NCBI GenBank assembly: GCA_963749075.1
Contig: CAVVLJ010000017.1
Coordinates: forward strand, 608,001-672,000
DNA: 64,000 nucleotides
Source: an uncultured Pseudomonadota bacterium
GTDB taxonomy: Bacteria; Pseudomonadota; Alphaproteobacteria; JACZXZ01
Direction of reading: 5' to 3'
Positions within the stretch are counted from its first letter, which is position 1. Each line of letters opens with the position of its first letter. Below are positions 51,409 to 60,821 of this stretch, in pieces. The translations under genes and the position numbers were made by a program. The notes beneath the pieces were generated by a model. The model had not been told where the DNA came from, did no database searches, and saw only the letters and a list, made by a program, of their open reading frames with translations.

Positions 51409-52934
51409 TTATGCCGGCCGATGCAAGCGTTTGGCAGCTTTGCCGACGTCACCTTGGCAAGCGCGGAGATGTTGGAGGAGCTGTGCCCGCAGCTCCTTGT
51501 AACCGCTGCTTCCTCTGAATACGAGCTTCTGTCGGCGCAGGTCTTCAGAAATGTTCGGGGCGGAGCTCGTGCGCCAGTCGAAAGTGGCAAGCCCGATCGC
51601 AATACTCTCCAGGAATGCTGCCACAGGCTCATAGCAATGGATTTCAGCGCCACAGTAACCGCACCCGCGTCGCTTGCTGAAGCCTTTTTGTCGAGTTGCC
51701 ATGTATCAAGCCGGAGATGGGGCGCCATAACAAAGCACAAATCATTGACTACGTGCAGGAAACCGCGCACACCCTGGTCGGTGACGATGAGCGAGCAGTT
51801 ACCGTAGAATGCTGGATCTTCTGATTTCGTGATCGAGACGCGTTGCCGCTCTGCATCCGCCCGCAATTCGACGGCCCAGGGCTCTTCGACGGCATGAACA
51901 GCTTTGGAGAGTTTCTGCCAAGCGAAAATTAGAAAAGCCGCCTGCTGCGCACGGCTCCAACCGAGAACTTCTCCACCTTCTCGAAGTCGGGAACCGAACA
52001 ACCCCCCGATTTTTGTGCCACGACCATCCCAGGATCGTACAAGCGTGGCCATTAGCGCCTTTATCCACGCCGATTGCGTCACCCAGCTGATGTGACGCTC
52101 GCCTAGCATGTTTATTCGATCGTACCAGGGGCTGTCGGAGTGCGACCAAAGAGCCTCCGTCAGCTCCTGCGACCGCGTCTCCCGATAGATCGGATGCCCT
52201 TCCGCCTTGTCCAGCCAATCCTCGGCCCTGAGCAAAGGGTACAAGTCGAACGCGAGGCTCGGGTTTATTCGCTTCGGCTTGATATTGATGGTCCAAAAAA
52301 GATACGCCTGCCAGCTCACGTCTAGTCCGCTGAACGCCACGACTGGCACCTCGAATCCGGCGGCGGTGGAGTCCTCTTCGAATGCCCAAAGCCGATGTTG
52401 GCCGTCAATTACTTCCAAAGGCGGCACCGCGGATGGCCGCCAAGTTTTTGTCCAATTCGAATATGGCAGTGCAATGGTACAAGAGCCCTCGTCGTCATGC
52501 ACTGTGAGGAGGTCATGCTCCGCCACTTTGCCACCTGGGCGTACGTCCGATTTGTGAAGAATGTTGATCACAATAGCAGTTGGCAACCAACCCGGCTTTC
52601 GCAGATCGTAGAACTCAGTCGTCTTGCGCTTTGCCGTACTCAGTGTGGACCAAGGATACCCGAATTCAACGAAGCGCGAGATTTCCTCAGATCGTTCTGG
52701 ATCATGTTGTCGCTGGATGCCGAGGTCGGCAGCGCGTGGCGTGACACCAGATGTCTGACGGCGCACGATTCCACACAGACTGCGAAGCTCCTGTGCAGAA
52801 AGCGAGAACAGATAGAAATGCGGCGATGGCTTGGCTCGATGGTGGGCGGAATCATACTGCACGCGATTCCAGGCCTTGAGCCATTGATGAACCTTAATGA
52901 CGGGGATACGCCGACGTTCTTCAGGCTTAGCCAT
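51409..52934 (-). CDS. DGQHR-domain protein (DndB/DpdB-like, ParB/Srx fold); -1 indel near 51632
   Basis: GIQRQHD, LPTAIVINI, EVIDGQHRL, LFWTINIKPKRINPSL. C-terminus continues in frame 51409-51702 and ends 2 nt before the next ATG. Confidence 0.88.
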
Positions 52935-53057
52935 CCCCCTCCCCCGTTTTCATACACGGCATTTTGCCCGGCGATACGAGAAAGGACAACCCCGATTGTA
53001 TAGGCGGTCCACTTTTCTACCGGCACCGCAACATCCAGGCGCGAACTTCCGCCCCCC

Positions 53058-53080
53058 ATACTGCGCCTTTAATGACCGCC
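53058..53080 (+). repeat. 23-bp direct repeat of the pyrB promoter/start region (other copy 53833-53855)
   Basis: ATACTGCGCCTTTAATGACCGCC versus ATACTGCTCCTTTAATGACCGCC, 22/23 identical. Confidence 0.85.
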
Positions 53081-53128
53081 GTAAGAGCCAATCGCAAAGG
53101 GCGCCGCGCTCTTCTGTCCGCTCGCGCC

Positions 53129-53482
53129 TCATGCCTCCCGCTTTGCTCTCGGCGACACCGCGAGCCCGAGAAATACGAGCACGGCCCGGTTGAGCCGCAG
53201 GATATCCTCGTCGTCCAGGCGTCCGAGACGCGCGCCGAGCTTCGATTTTGGCACGGTGGTGATCTTGTCCACCATTAGGCGGCAGCTCTCGCGCAGTCCG
53301 TTTCGCTCGTTCGGCGCAACGCGCAGGCGGAACAAGGGCGCTTCTGTCTCGTCGCTGGTGAAGGCGCAGATGGTGATGGAGTCCGTTCCGTCGAAGCTGT
53401 CGTCCTGCAGGATGACGACCGGACGCGGTTTGCCCGCATAGCCCTTGCCGCCCGAGACGGTCCAGACGTCTCCCCGCCTCAT
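53129..53482 (-). CDS. PemK/MazF-family toxin
   Basis: MRRGDVW, YAGKPRPVVILQDD, NGLRESCRLMVDKITTV. Confidence 0.9.
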   Translation of the reverse strand: MRRGDVWTVSGGKGYAGKPRPVVILQDDSFDGTDSITICAFTSDETEAPLFRLRVAPNERNGLRESCRLMVDKITTVPKSKLGARLGRLDDEDILRLNRAVLVFLGLAVSPRAKREA

Positions 53483-53704
53483 TCATCGCCCCGATCCGAC
53501 ACCGCGTCGATGAAGGCCTGATCCTCGCGCGCGCGTGCGCTGGCAGCCACGGCGCGCGACTGGCGATGGGCCTGTCGCGCGGAAGGCGGGCGAGCGCACG
53601 TCGGGCACCCAGATCTGGATGGGGCGCAGACCCTGCCCGCGCAGCCGCTCGCGATGTTCTCGCACCTTCACGCGGGAGGGCTTCGGCTGAGATGTCGAGG
53701 TCAT
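53479..53704 (-). CDS. MazE-like antitoxin (DUF3018-type); +1 indel near 53575
   Basis: [29 protein letters not shown], continuing AHRQSRAVA...[10 protein letters not shown] after one-base correction; palindrome GTTACATGTAAC at 53723-53734. Confidence 0.8.
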
Positions 53705-53846
53705 GGCATTCCTCCGCCAGCAGTTACATGTAACCTAGCACGGGCAAGGAGGTTGTGCCAGACCTGTCCGCCGGCCCCGCGCCACTGACATCCGACCTTC
53801 CGCGTCCTTGCCCCACCCCGCCCCCACCCGCTATACTGCTCCTTTA

Positions 53847-54830
53847 ATGACCGCCTTAGCCCCTCTCCCCGTGTTGCGCTTCCCGCACCGGCATCTCCTC
53901 GGCATCGAGGGGTTGACTGCCGAGGAGATCACCTTCCTCCTCGACCTCGCCGAGTCCTACGTCGAGCAGAACCGCCAGGCCGACAAGAAGAGCGCCATCC
54001 TGCGCGGCCGTACGGTCATCAACCTCTTCTTCGAGAACTCGACGCGCACGCGCACCTCCTTCGAGCTGGCGGGGAAGCGCCTGGGCGGCGACGTGATCAA
54101 CATGCAGGTCGCGGCCAGCAGCATCAAGAAGGGCGAGACGCTCATCGACACGGCGATGACGCTCAACGCCATGCACCCGGACGTGCTGGTGGTGCGCCAC
54201 TTCGACTCGGGCGCCGTCAAGCTCCTCTCCGAGAAGGTCAACTGCTCGGTCATCAACGGCGGCGACGGCAGCCACGAGCACCCGACGCAAGCGCTCCTCG
54301 ACGCCCTCACCATCCGCCGCCGCAAGGGCCGCATCCGCGGCCTCGCCGTCGCCATCTGCGGCGACATCCTCCATAGCCGGGTCGCGCGCTCCAACATCTC
54401 GCTCCTCAACATCATGGGAGCCAAGGTGCGGGTGGTGGCACCCCCCACCCTCCTTCCCGCCGCCGTCGAGCGGCTCGGCGTCGAGGTCTTCTACGACATG
54501 CGGAACGGCCTCAAGGACGTCGACGTGGTGATGATGCTGCGCCTCCAGACCGAGCGCATGCACGGCTCCTTCGTGCCCTCGATCCGCGAGTACTTCCACT
54601 TCTTCGGCCTCGATTACGCCAAGCTCGAGGTGGCCAAGAAGGACGCCATGATCATGCACCCGGGTCCCATGAACCGCGGCGTCGAGATCGACAGCGAGGT
54701 GGCCGACGACATCGGCCGCAGCGCCATCCACGAGCAGGTCGAGATGGGGGTCGCCGTGCGCATGGCCTGCCTCGATTCCCTGACGCGCCGCGGCCAGCGC
54801 GGGAACGAGGGCGACGGAGCCGAGGCATGA
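53847..54830 (+). CDS. pyrB: Aspartate carbamoyltransferase catalytic subunit
   Basis: [43 protein letters not shown]. Confidence 0.97.
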   Translation: MTALAPLPVLRFPHRHLLGIEGLTAEEITFLLDLAESYVEQNRQADKKSAILRGRTVINLFFENSTRTRTSFELAGKRLGGDVINMQVAASSIKKGETLIDTAMTLNAMHPDVLVVRHFDSGAVKLLSEKVNCSVINGGDGSHEHPTQALLDALTIRRRKGRIRGLAVAICGDILHSRVARSNISLLNIMGAKVRVVAPPTLLPAAVERLGVEVFYDMRNGLKDVDVVMMLRLQTERMHGSFVPSIREYFHFFGLDYAKLEVAKKDAMIMHPGPMNRGVEIDSEVADDIGRSAIHEQVEMGVAVRMACLDSLTRRGQRGNEGDGAEA

Positions 54831-56158
54831 GCATCCCCCAGGGGATGCGCCCCGGCCGCACGGCCTATCTCGACGTGCGCCTCCTCGACCCGGCAAGCGG
54901 GCTCGACGCGCGCGGGGCGCTCTTGACCGAGGGCGAGACGATCGCCGACTTCGGGCCCCGCCTCTTCAACGACGGCGTGCCCGAGGGCATCGACGCCGTC
55001 CACGGCCGCGGCGCCTGCTTGGCCGCCGGCCTCGTCGACATGCGCGTGCAGCTCTGCGAGCCCGGCGAGGAGCACAAGGAGACCATCCAGACCGGAAGTG
55101 CCGCCGCCGCCGCGGGCGGCGTCGCCGCCATGGTGACGCTGCCCAACACCGAGCCGGTGATCGACGACGTGGCCGGCGTCGAGTTCATAGCGCGGCGCGC
55201 GCGCGAGGTGAAGCGCGTCAAGATCTACTGCCACGCCGCGGTGACCAAGGGCCTCGCCGGCAGGGAGCTCGCCGAGATCGGCCTCTTGCAGGAGGCGGGT
55301 GCGCTCGCCTTCACCGACGGGCTCAAGGCGGTCGCACACCCGCTCGTCATGCGCCGCGCCCTCTCCTACGCGCGCACCTTCTCGGCACTCGTCATCCAGC
55401 GCCCCGAGGAGCCGGAGCTCGCCGAGGGCGGTGCGATGAACGAGGGCGAGGTGGCGACGCGCCTCGGCCTCCCCGGCATCCCGCGCCTCGCCGAGGTCAT
55501 GCTGCTCGAGCGCGACTTGCGCCTCGTCGAGCTCACGGGCGGGCGCTATCACGCAGGTCCCCTCTCGACGGCGGAGGCGGTCGAGGCGATGCGGCGCGCC
55601 AAGGCGCGCGGCCTCGCCGTCACCTGCGACACGGCCCCCCACTACTTCACGCTCGACGAGAGTGCCGTCGGCGACTACCGCACCTTTGCCAAGGTCTCGC
55701 CGCCCTTGCGCCGGCCCGAGGACCGCGAGGCGCTCATCGAGGGCATCGCCGACGGCACCATCGACGTGATCGCGAGCGACCACGCGCCCCAGGACCAGGA
55801 CAGCAAGCGCCAGCCCTTCGCCCAGGCGGCGGCCGGCATCATCGGGCTCGAGACGCTGCTGCCGCTCTCGCTCGCCCTCGTTCACGACGGCCGGCTCGGG
55901 ATTCTCCAGGCGCTCGCACCGCTCACCTCTCGGCCCGCGCAGCTCCTCGGCCTCGCCGCCGGCCGCCTGGCCAAGGGGGCGCCAGCCGATCTCGTGCTCT
56001 TCGATCCCGATGTGCCGTGGACCGTCGAGGAGAGCCGCTTCCGCAGCAAGTCGAAGAACTCGCCCTTCGCCGGGCGCGAGGTCAAAGGCAGAGCGCTCCG
56101 CACCATCGTCGACGGCCGCCCGGTCTTCGTCGACGGGGAGGCCGGGAAACGGCTATAA
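54827..56158 (+). CDS. pyrC: Dihydroorotase-like protein (PyrC/PyrC')
   Basis: GLVDMRV (His pair absent, as in inactive PyrC'), [20 protein letters not shown]; coupled to pyrB. Confidence 0.9.
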   Translation: MSIPQGMRPGRTAYLDVRLLDPASGLDARGALLTEGETIADFGPRLFNDGVPEGIDAVHGRGACLAAGLVDMRVQLCEPGEEHKETIQTGSAAAAAGGVAAMVTLPNTEPVIDDVAGVEFIARRAREVKRVKIYCHAAVTKGLAGRELAEIGLLQEAGALAFTDGLKAVAHPLVMRRALSYARTFSALVIQRPEEPELAEGGAMNEGEVATRLGLPGIPRLAEVMLLERDLRLVELTGGRYHAGPLSTAEAVEAMRRAKARGLAVTCDTAPHYFTLDESAVGDYRTFAKVSPPLRRPEDREALIEGIADGTIDVIASDHAPQDQDSKRQPFAQAAAGIIGLETLLPLSLALVHDGRLGILQALAPLTSRPAQLLGLAAGRLAKGAPADLVLFDPDVPWTVEESRFRSKSKNSPFAGREVKGRALRTIVDGRPVFVDGEAGKRL

Positions 56159-56194
56159 GTCGCGGCTCGCTCCTCGGCGACCACGACGGCCAAT

Positions 56195-56296
56195 ACCCCC
56201 CTCCCTACCCTCCCCCTCAAGGGGGGAGGGGAAATGCGGATGCCACGCCGAAACTGACCCCCTCCCCCCTTGAGGGGGAGGATTGGGGTGGGGGGT
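56195..56296. repeat. Palindromic intergenic repeat, family A copy 2
   Basis: Same arms as 38547-38653 with a different spacer. Confidence 0.85.
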
Positions 56297-56335
56297 GAGC
56301 CGGCCGCGATTGCCGAGCTATGGAGACGCCACTTC

Positions 56336-56941
56336 ATGCCCTCGCCCCTCGGCAGTCTCTTGCCGCTCCTCGCCGCAGCGCTCGCCGGCTATCTCCTCGG
56401 CTCGATCCCCTTCGGACTGCTGCTCACGCGCCTGGCGGGGCTCGGCGACATCCGCAAGGTGGGCTCCGGCAATATCGGCGCCACCAACGTGCTGCGCACC
56501 GGCAACAAGGCGCTCGCCGCGCTCACGCTCCTCCTCGACATCGGCAAGGGAGCGGCGGCGGTGCTGCTCGCCGGCCGATTCGGGGCGGACCTGGCGCTCG
56601 TGGCGGGCGGAGGTGCCGTGGTCGGCCACCTTTTCCCCATCTGGCTCGGCTTCAAGGGCGGCAAGGGGGTGGCGACCGGGCTCGGCGTACTGCTCGCCGC
56701 CGCCTTCCCGGTCGGCCTCGCGGCTATCGCCACCTGGCTCGCCGCCGCCGCCGTCTTCCGCTACTCCTCGCTCGCCGCCCTCGCGAGCTTCGCTCTCTCG
56801 CCGCTCTACGGCTGGCTCCTCGCCGGTCCCCGCGTCGCGGTCCTCGCCGCCTTCATCGCCGTGCTCGTGTTCCTGCGCCACCGCGACAACATCCGCCGCC
56901 TCTTCAAGGGCGAGGAGACGCGGATCGGCGCCAAACGCTAG
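56336..56941 (+). CDS. plsY: Glycerol-3-phosphate acyltransferase
   Basis: YLLGSIPFG, GSGNIGATNVLR, FKGGKGVAT, RHRDNI. Confidence 0.96.
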   Translation: MPSPLGSLLPLLAAALAGYLLGSIPFGLLLTRLAGLGDIRKVGSGNIGATNVLRTGNKALAALTLLLDIGKGAAAVLLAGRFGADLALVAGGGAVVGHLFPIWLGFKGGKGVATGLGVLLAAAFPVGLAAIATWLAAAAVFRYSSLAALASFALSPLYGWLLAGPRVAVLAAFIAVLVFLRHRDNIRRLFKGEETRIGAKR

Positions 56942-56992
56942 CTCGCTCATCCTACAGTTGACGAAGTCTCACCCCTTCTCCATCTTGGCGCG

Positions 56993-58111
56993 ATGGCGCG
57001 CGACCGGGCCTTCAGCCATGCCGAGCGGCTCGACTGGCTTCGCCTGATCCGGAGCGAGAACGTCGGGCCGATCACCTTCTACCAGCTCCTCGCCCGCTTC
57101 GGCTCGGCCGACTCGGCGCTGGCAGCGCTGCCCGAGCTCGCGCGGCGCGGCGGGCGGCGGGCGCCGATTCGCATCCCCTCGCGGGCAGCCGCGGAGCGCG
57201 AGCTTGCCGCGACCGAGGCGTTCGGCGGCCGCCTCCTCTGCCGCGACGAGCCCGGCTACCCGGCGACGCTCGCTGCCATCGAGGATGCACCACCCGTCGT
57301 GGCACTCCTCGGCCACGGCCATCTCATGGAGCGCCGCATGATCGGCGTGGTCGGCGCGCGCAACGCCTCCGCGAGCGGCCGGCGCTTCGCCCGCCAGCTC
57401 GCGGTGGAGCTGGGCGAGGCCGGCCTCGTCGTGGTCTCGGGCCTGGCGCGCGGCATCGACGCCAGCGCGCACGAGGGAGCGCTCAAGAGCGGCACCATCG
57501 CGGTCATGGCCGGCGGCGTCGACGTGGTCTATCCCGAGGAGAACCGGGCACTCTACGGCCGCGTCAGAGAGGAGGGTCTGGCGCTCTCCGAGATGCCCCC
57601 CGGGACGGAGCCGCAAGGCCGCCATTTCCCGCGGAGAAACCGAATCATTTCAGGACTTTGCCTCGGCCTCGTGGTGGTCGAGGCGGCGCAGCGCTCAGGA
57701 TCCCTCATCACCGCCCGCTTCGCCGCCGAGCACGGCCGCGAGGTCTTCGCCGTGCCCGGCTCGCCGCTCGATCCGCGCTGCAAGGGGACGAACGGCCTCA
57801 TCCGCGACGGCGCCCACCTGACCGAGGGGGCGGCCGACGTGCTCGCCGTGCTCGCGGGCATGGGCCTGCCGCCCTTGCGCGAGGCGCCGGCCGAGGGCGA
57901 GGCGCCGCCGCCCGCCCAGCCGACGCCTACCGAGCTCGAAAAAGCGCGCCTGCTCGTCCTCGAGGCGCTCGGCCCGACGCCGGTCCCGGTTGACGAAATC
58001 CTGCGGCAAACCCATCTCTCCCCCGCAGTGGTGTCGTTGGCGCTCCTCGAGCTGGAGCTCGCCGGGCGGTTGGAGCGCCACCCCGGCAATCGGGCAAGCT
58101 TGCTCTCCTAG
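56993..58111 (+). CDS. dprA: DNA-processing protein
   Basis: VVGARNAS, SGLARGID, FPRRNRIISG, SGSLITA. Confidence 0.96.
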   Translation: MARDRAFSHAERLDWLRLIRSENVGPITFYQLLARFGSADSALAALPELARRGGRRAPIRIPSRAAAERELAATEAFGGRLLCRDEPGYPATLAAIEDAPPVVALLGHGHLMERRMIGVVGARNASASGRRFARQLAVELGEAGLVVVSGLARGIDASAHEGALKSGTIAVMAGGVDVVYPEENRALYGRVREEGLALSEMPPGTEPQGRHFPRRNRIISGLCLGLVVVEAAQRSGSLITARFAAEHGREVFAVPGSPLDPRCKGTNGLIRDGAHLTEGAADVLAVLAGMGLPPLREAPAEGEAPPPAQPTPTELEKARLLVLEALGPTPVPVDEILRQTHLSPAVVSLALLELELAGRLERHPGNRASLLS

Positions 58112-58158
58112 GCGAAACCGACTAGCCTCCCGGCCCTTTGGCAACCAGGCCAGGCGCA

Positions 58159-60807
58159 ATGATCGTCGTCGTCGTCGAGTCACCGGCCAAGGCCAAGACC
58201 ATCAACAAGTACCTGGGCAAGGACTATGTGGTGGTGGCGAGCTACGGCCATGTGCGCGACCTCCCGGCCAAGGACGGCTCGGTGCGGCCCGAGGAGGACT
58301 TCGCCATGTCGTGGGAGGTCGACGGCGGCTCGGAGAAGCACATCCGCGCCATCGCGAGTGCCTTGAAGGGCGCCGACCGGCTCTGCCTGGCGACCGACCC
58401 GGACCGCGAGGGCGAGGCCATCTCCTGGCACGTGCTGCAGCTCTTGAAGGAGCGCCATGCCCTCGGCAAGGCCGAAGTGAAGCGCGTCGTCTTCAACGAG
58501 ATCACCAAGGACGCGGTGCTCGAGGCCATCGCCCATCCGCGCGAGGTCAACCGCGAGCTCGTCGAGGCCTATCTCGCGCGCCGCGCCCTCGACTACCTCG
58601 TGGGCTTCACGCTCTCGCCCGTGCTGTGGCGCAAGCTGCCGGGGAGCCGCTCGGCCGGCCGCGTGCAGTCGGTGGCACTCCGCCTCGTCTGCGAGCGCGA
58701 GTCCGAGATCGAGCGCTTCCGCCCGCGCGAATATTGGACCATCGACGTGGAATTCCGCACCGAGGGCGGCCAGACGCTCACGGCGCGGCTCAGCCACCTC
58801 AAGGGCAAGAAGCTCGAGAAGTTCGACCTCGGCGACAAGGCCTCAGCGGATGCCGCGGTGACGCTCCTCGAGGGCGGCGACTATGCCGTCCTCAAGGTCG
58901 AGCGCAAGCAGCAGCGCCGCCATCCCAACCCGCCCTTCACCACCTCGACCCTGCAGCAGGAGGCCTCGCGCAAGCTCGGCTTCAGCGCGAGCCGCACCAT
59001 GCGCGTGGCCCAGCGGCTCTACGAGGGCGTCGAGCTCGGCGGCGAGAGCGTCGGCCTCATCACCTACATGCGCACGGACAGCACCGTGCTCGCCAACGAG
59101 GCGCTCGCCGCCTCGCGCCGTCTCATCGAGCGGCAGTTCGGCAAGAACTACGTCCCGGCCGAGCCGCGGCGCTACAAGGCCACGGCCAAGAACGCCCAGG
59201 AGGCCCACGAGGCGATCCGCCCGACCGACCTCTTCCGCCGGCCCCAGGAGGTGGCGGGACACCTCGACGACGACCAGCGCCGGCTCTACGAGCTCATCTG
59301 GCTGCGCACGGTGGCGAGCCAGATGGAGAGCGCCGTGCTCGACCAGGTGGCGGTCGACATCGCCGACAAGGCGGGGGCCGCCATCCTCCGCGCTACCGGC
59401 TCGGTGCTGCTCTTCGACGGCTTCCTCCGCGTCTACCAGGAGGGCCGCGACGACCCGGGCGAGGAGGATCAGGACGAGCGCCGCCTGCCCCAGGTCAAGG
59501 AGGGCGAGGGTCTCGCGCGGCAGGCCATCAAGCCCGAGCAGCATTTCACCCAGCCGCCGCCGCGCTACACCGAGGCGAGCCTTGTCAAGCGCTTGGAAGA
59601 GCTCGGCATCGGGCGGCCCTCGACCTACGCCTCGATCATCCAGGTCCTGCAGGACCGCAAATACGTGCGCATCGACAAGGGCCGCTTCCTGCCCGAGGAC
59701 CGCGGCCGCGTCGTCACCGCCTTCCTGGTGAGCTTCTTCCAGCGCTACGTCGAGTACAACTTCACCGCTGAGCTCGAGAACAAGCTCGACGACGTGTCGG
59801 ACGGCCGCGTCGACTGGAAGCAGCTGCTGCGCGATTTCTGGGCCGATTTCTCGAAGGCGGTCGAGGGCACCAAGGACCTCTCGATCAAGCAGGTCATCGA
59901 GGCGCTCAACGAGGAGCTGGCGCCGCATTTCTTCCCCGACGCGGGCGACGGCAAGGACCCGCGCGCCTGCCCGGCCTGTGCCGCGGGCCGGCTCAGCCTC
60001 AAGCTCGGCAAGTTCGGCGCCTTCATCGGCTGCTCGAACTACCCGGAATGCCGCTACACCCGCCCGCTCGAGGTGCGCGTCAACGGCGAGGGCAACGGCG
60101 GCCAGGCAGCACTCGAGGGGCCGAAGCCGCTCGGCAGCGATCCCGCGAGCGGCCTGCCGGTGGGCTTACGCAAGGGGCCCTACGGCTATTACGTGCAGCT
60201 CGGCGACACGCCGGCCGCCAACGGCAACGGCGCCGAAAACGGCACGGCCAAGGCGAAGGGCCGCGGCAAGGCCAAGGCCGCCGCCGAGAAGCCGAAGCGC
60301 GTCTCGCTGCCGCGCGGGGTCAAGCCCGAGGAGGTCACCTTGGCACTCGCCCTGCAGCTCCTCTCGCTGCCGCGCGAGGTCGGCCTCCATCCCGAGACGG
60401 GGAAGCCGATCTCGGCCGGGCTCGGCCGCTTCGGCCCCTACGTCAGGCACGAGGGCACATATAAGAGTGTCGGCACCCTCGAGGAGGTGCTGACGATCGG
60501 GCTCAACCGCGCGGTCGATCTCCTGAGCCAGGCGCGCACGCACGGGCCGACCACGTTGCGCGAGCTCGGCGCCCATCCCGCGGACAGTGCCGTGGTGCGC
60601 ATCATGAAGGGCCGCTACGGCCCCTACATCAAGCACGGCTCGACCAACGCGCCGATCCCGAAGGGGAAGGCTCCCGAGGCGGTGACGCTCGAGGAGGCTG
60701 TGGCCCTCCTGGCCGCGCGCGCGGCCCGAGGCGGCGGCGGCGCCAAGACGCCGACGCGAAAGGCGCGGGCGAGCCGCAAGAGCAAGGCCGTGGCGGACGT
60801 GGACTGA
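58159..60807 (+). CDS. topA: DNA topoisomerase I
   Basis: VESPAKAKTI, ATDPDREGE, SAGRVQS, ITYMRTD, AQEAHEAIRP. Confidence 0.97.
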   Translation: MIVVVVESPAKAKTINKYLGKDYVVVASYGHVRDLPAKDGSVRPEEDFAMSWEVDGGSEKHIRAIASALKGADRLCLATDPDREGEAISWHVLQLLKERHALGKAEVKRVVFNEITKDAVLEAIAHPREVNRELVEAYLARRALDYLVGFTLSPVLWRKLPGSRSAGRVQSVALRLVCERESEIERFRPREYWTIDVEFRTEGGQTLTARLSHLKGKKLEKFDLGDKASADAAVTLLEGGDYAVLKVERKQQRRHPNPPFTTSTLQQEASRKLGFSASRTMRVAQRLYEGVELGGESVGLITYMRTDSTVLANEALAASRRLIERQFGKNYVPAEPRRYKATAKNAQEAHEAIRPTDLFRRPQEVAGHLDDDQRRLYELIWLRTVASQMESAVLDQVAVDIADKAGAAILRATGSVLLFDGFLRVYQEGRDDPGEEDQDERRLPQVKEGEGLARQAIKPEQHFTQPPPRYTEASLVKRLEELGIGRPSTYASIIQVLQDRKYVRIDKGRFLPEDRGRVVTAFLVSFFQRYVEYNFTAELENKLDDVSDGRVDWKQLLRDFWADFSKAVEGTKDLSIKQVIEALNEELAPHFFPDAGDGKDPRACPACAAGRLSLKLGKFGAFIGCSNYPECRYTRPLEVRVNGEGNGGQAALEGPKPLGSDPASGLPVGLRKGPYGYYVQLGDTPAANGNGAENGTAKAKGRGKAKAAAEKPKRVSLPRGVKPEEVTLALALQLLSLPREVGLHPETGKPISAGLGRFGPYVRHEGTYKSVGTLEEVLTIGLNRAVDLLSQARTHGPTTLRELGAHPADSAVVRIMKGRYGPYIKHGSTNAPIPKGKAPEAVTLEEAVALLAARAARGGGGAKTPTRKARASRKSKAVADVD

Positions 60808-60821
60808 AGCGAGAGCCGGAG

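Noticed and set aside
51409-52934. Calling the DGQHR gene part of a Dnd phosphorothioate or Dpd system
   Set aside because: No dndACDE or dpdA/dpdC homologs are visible in the window.
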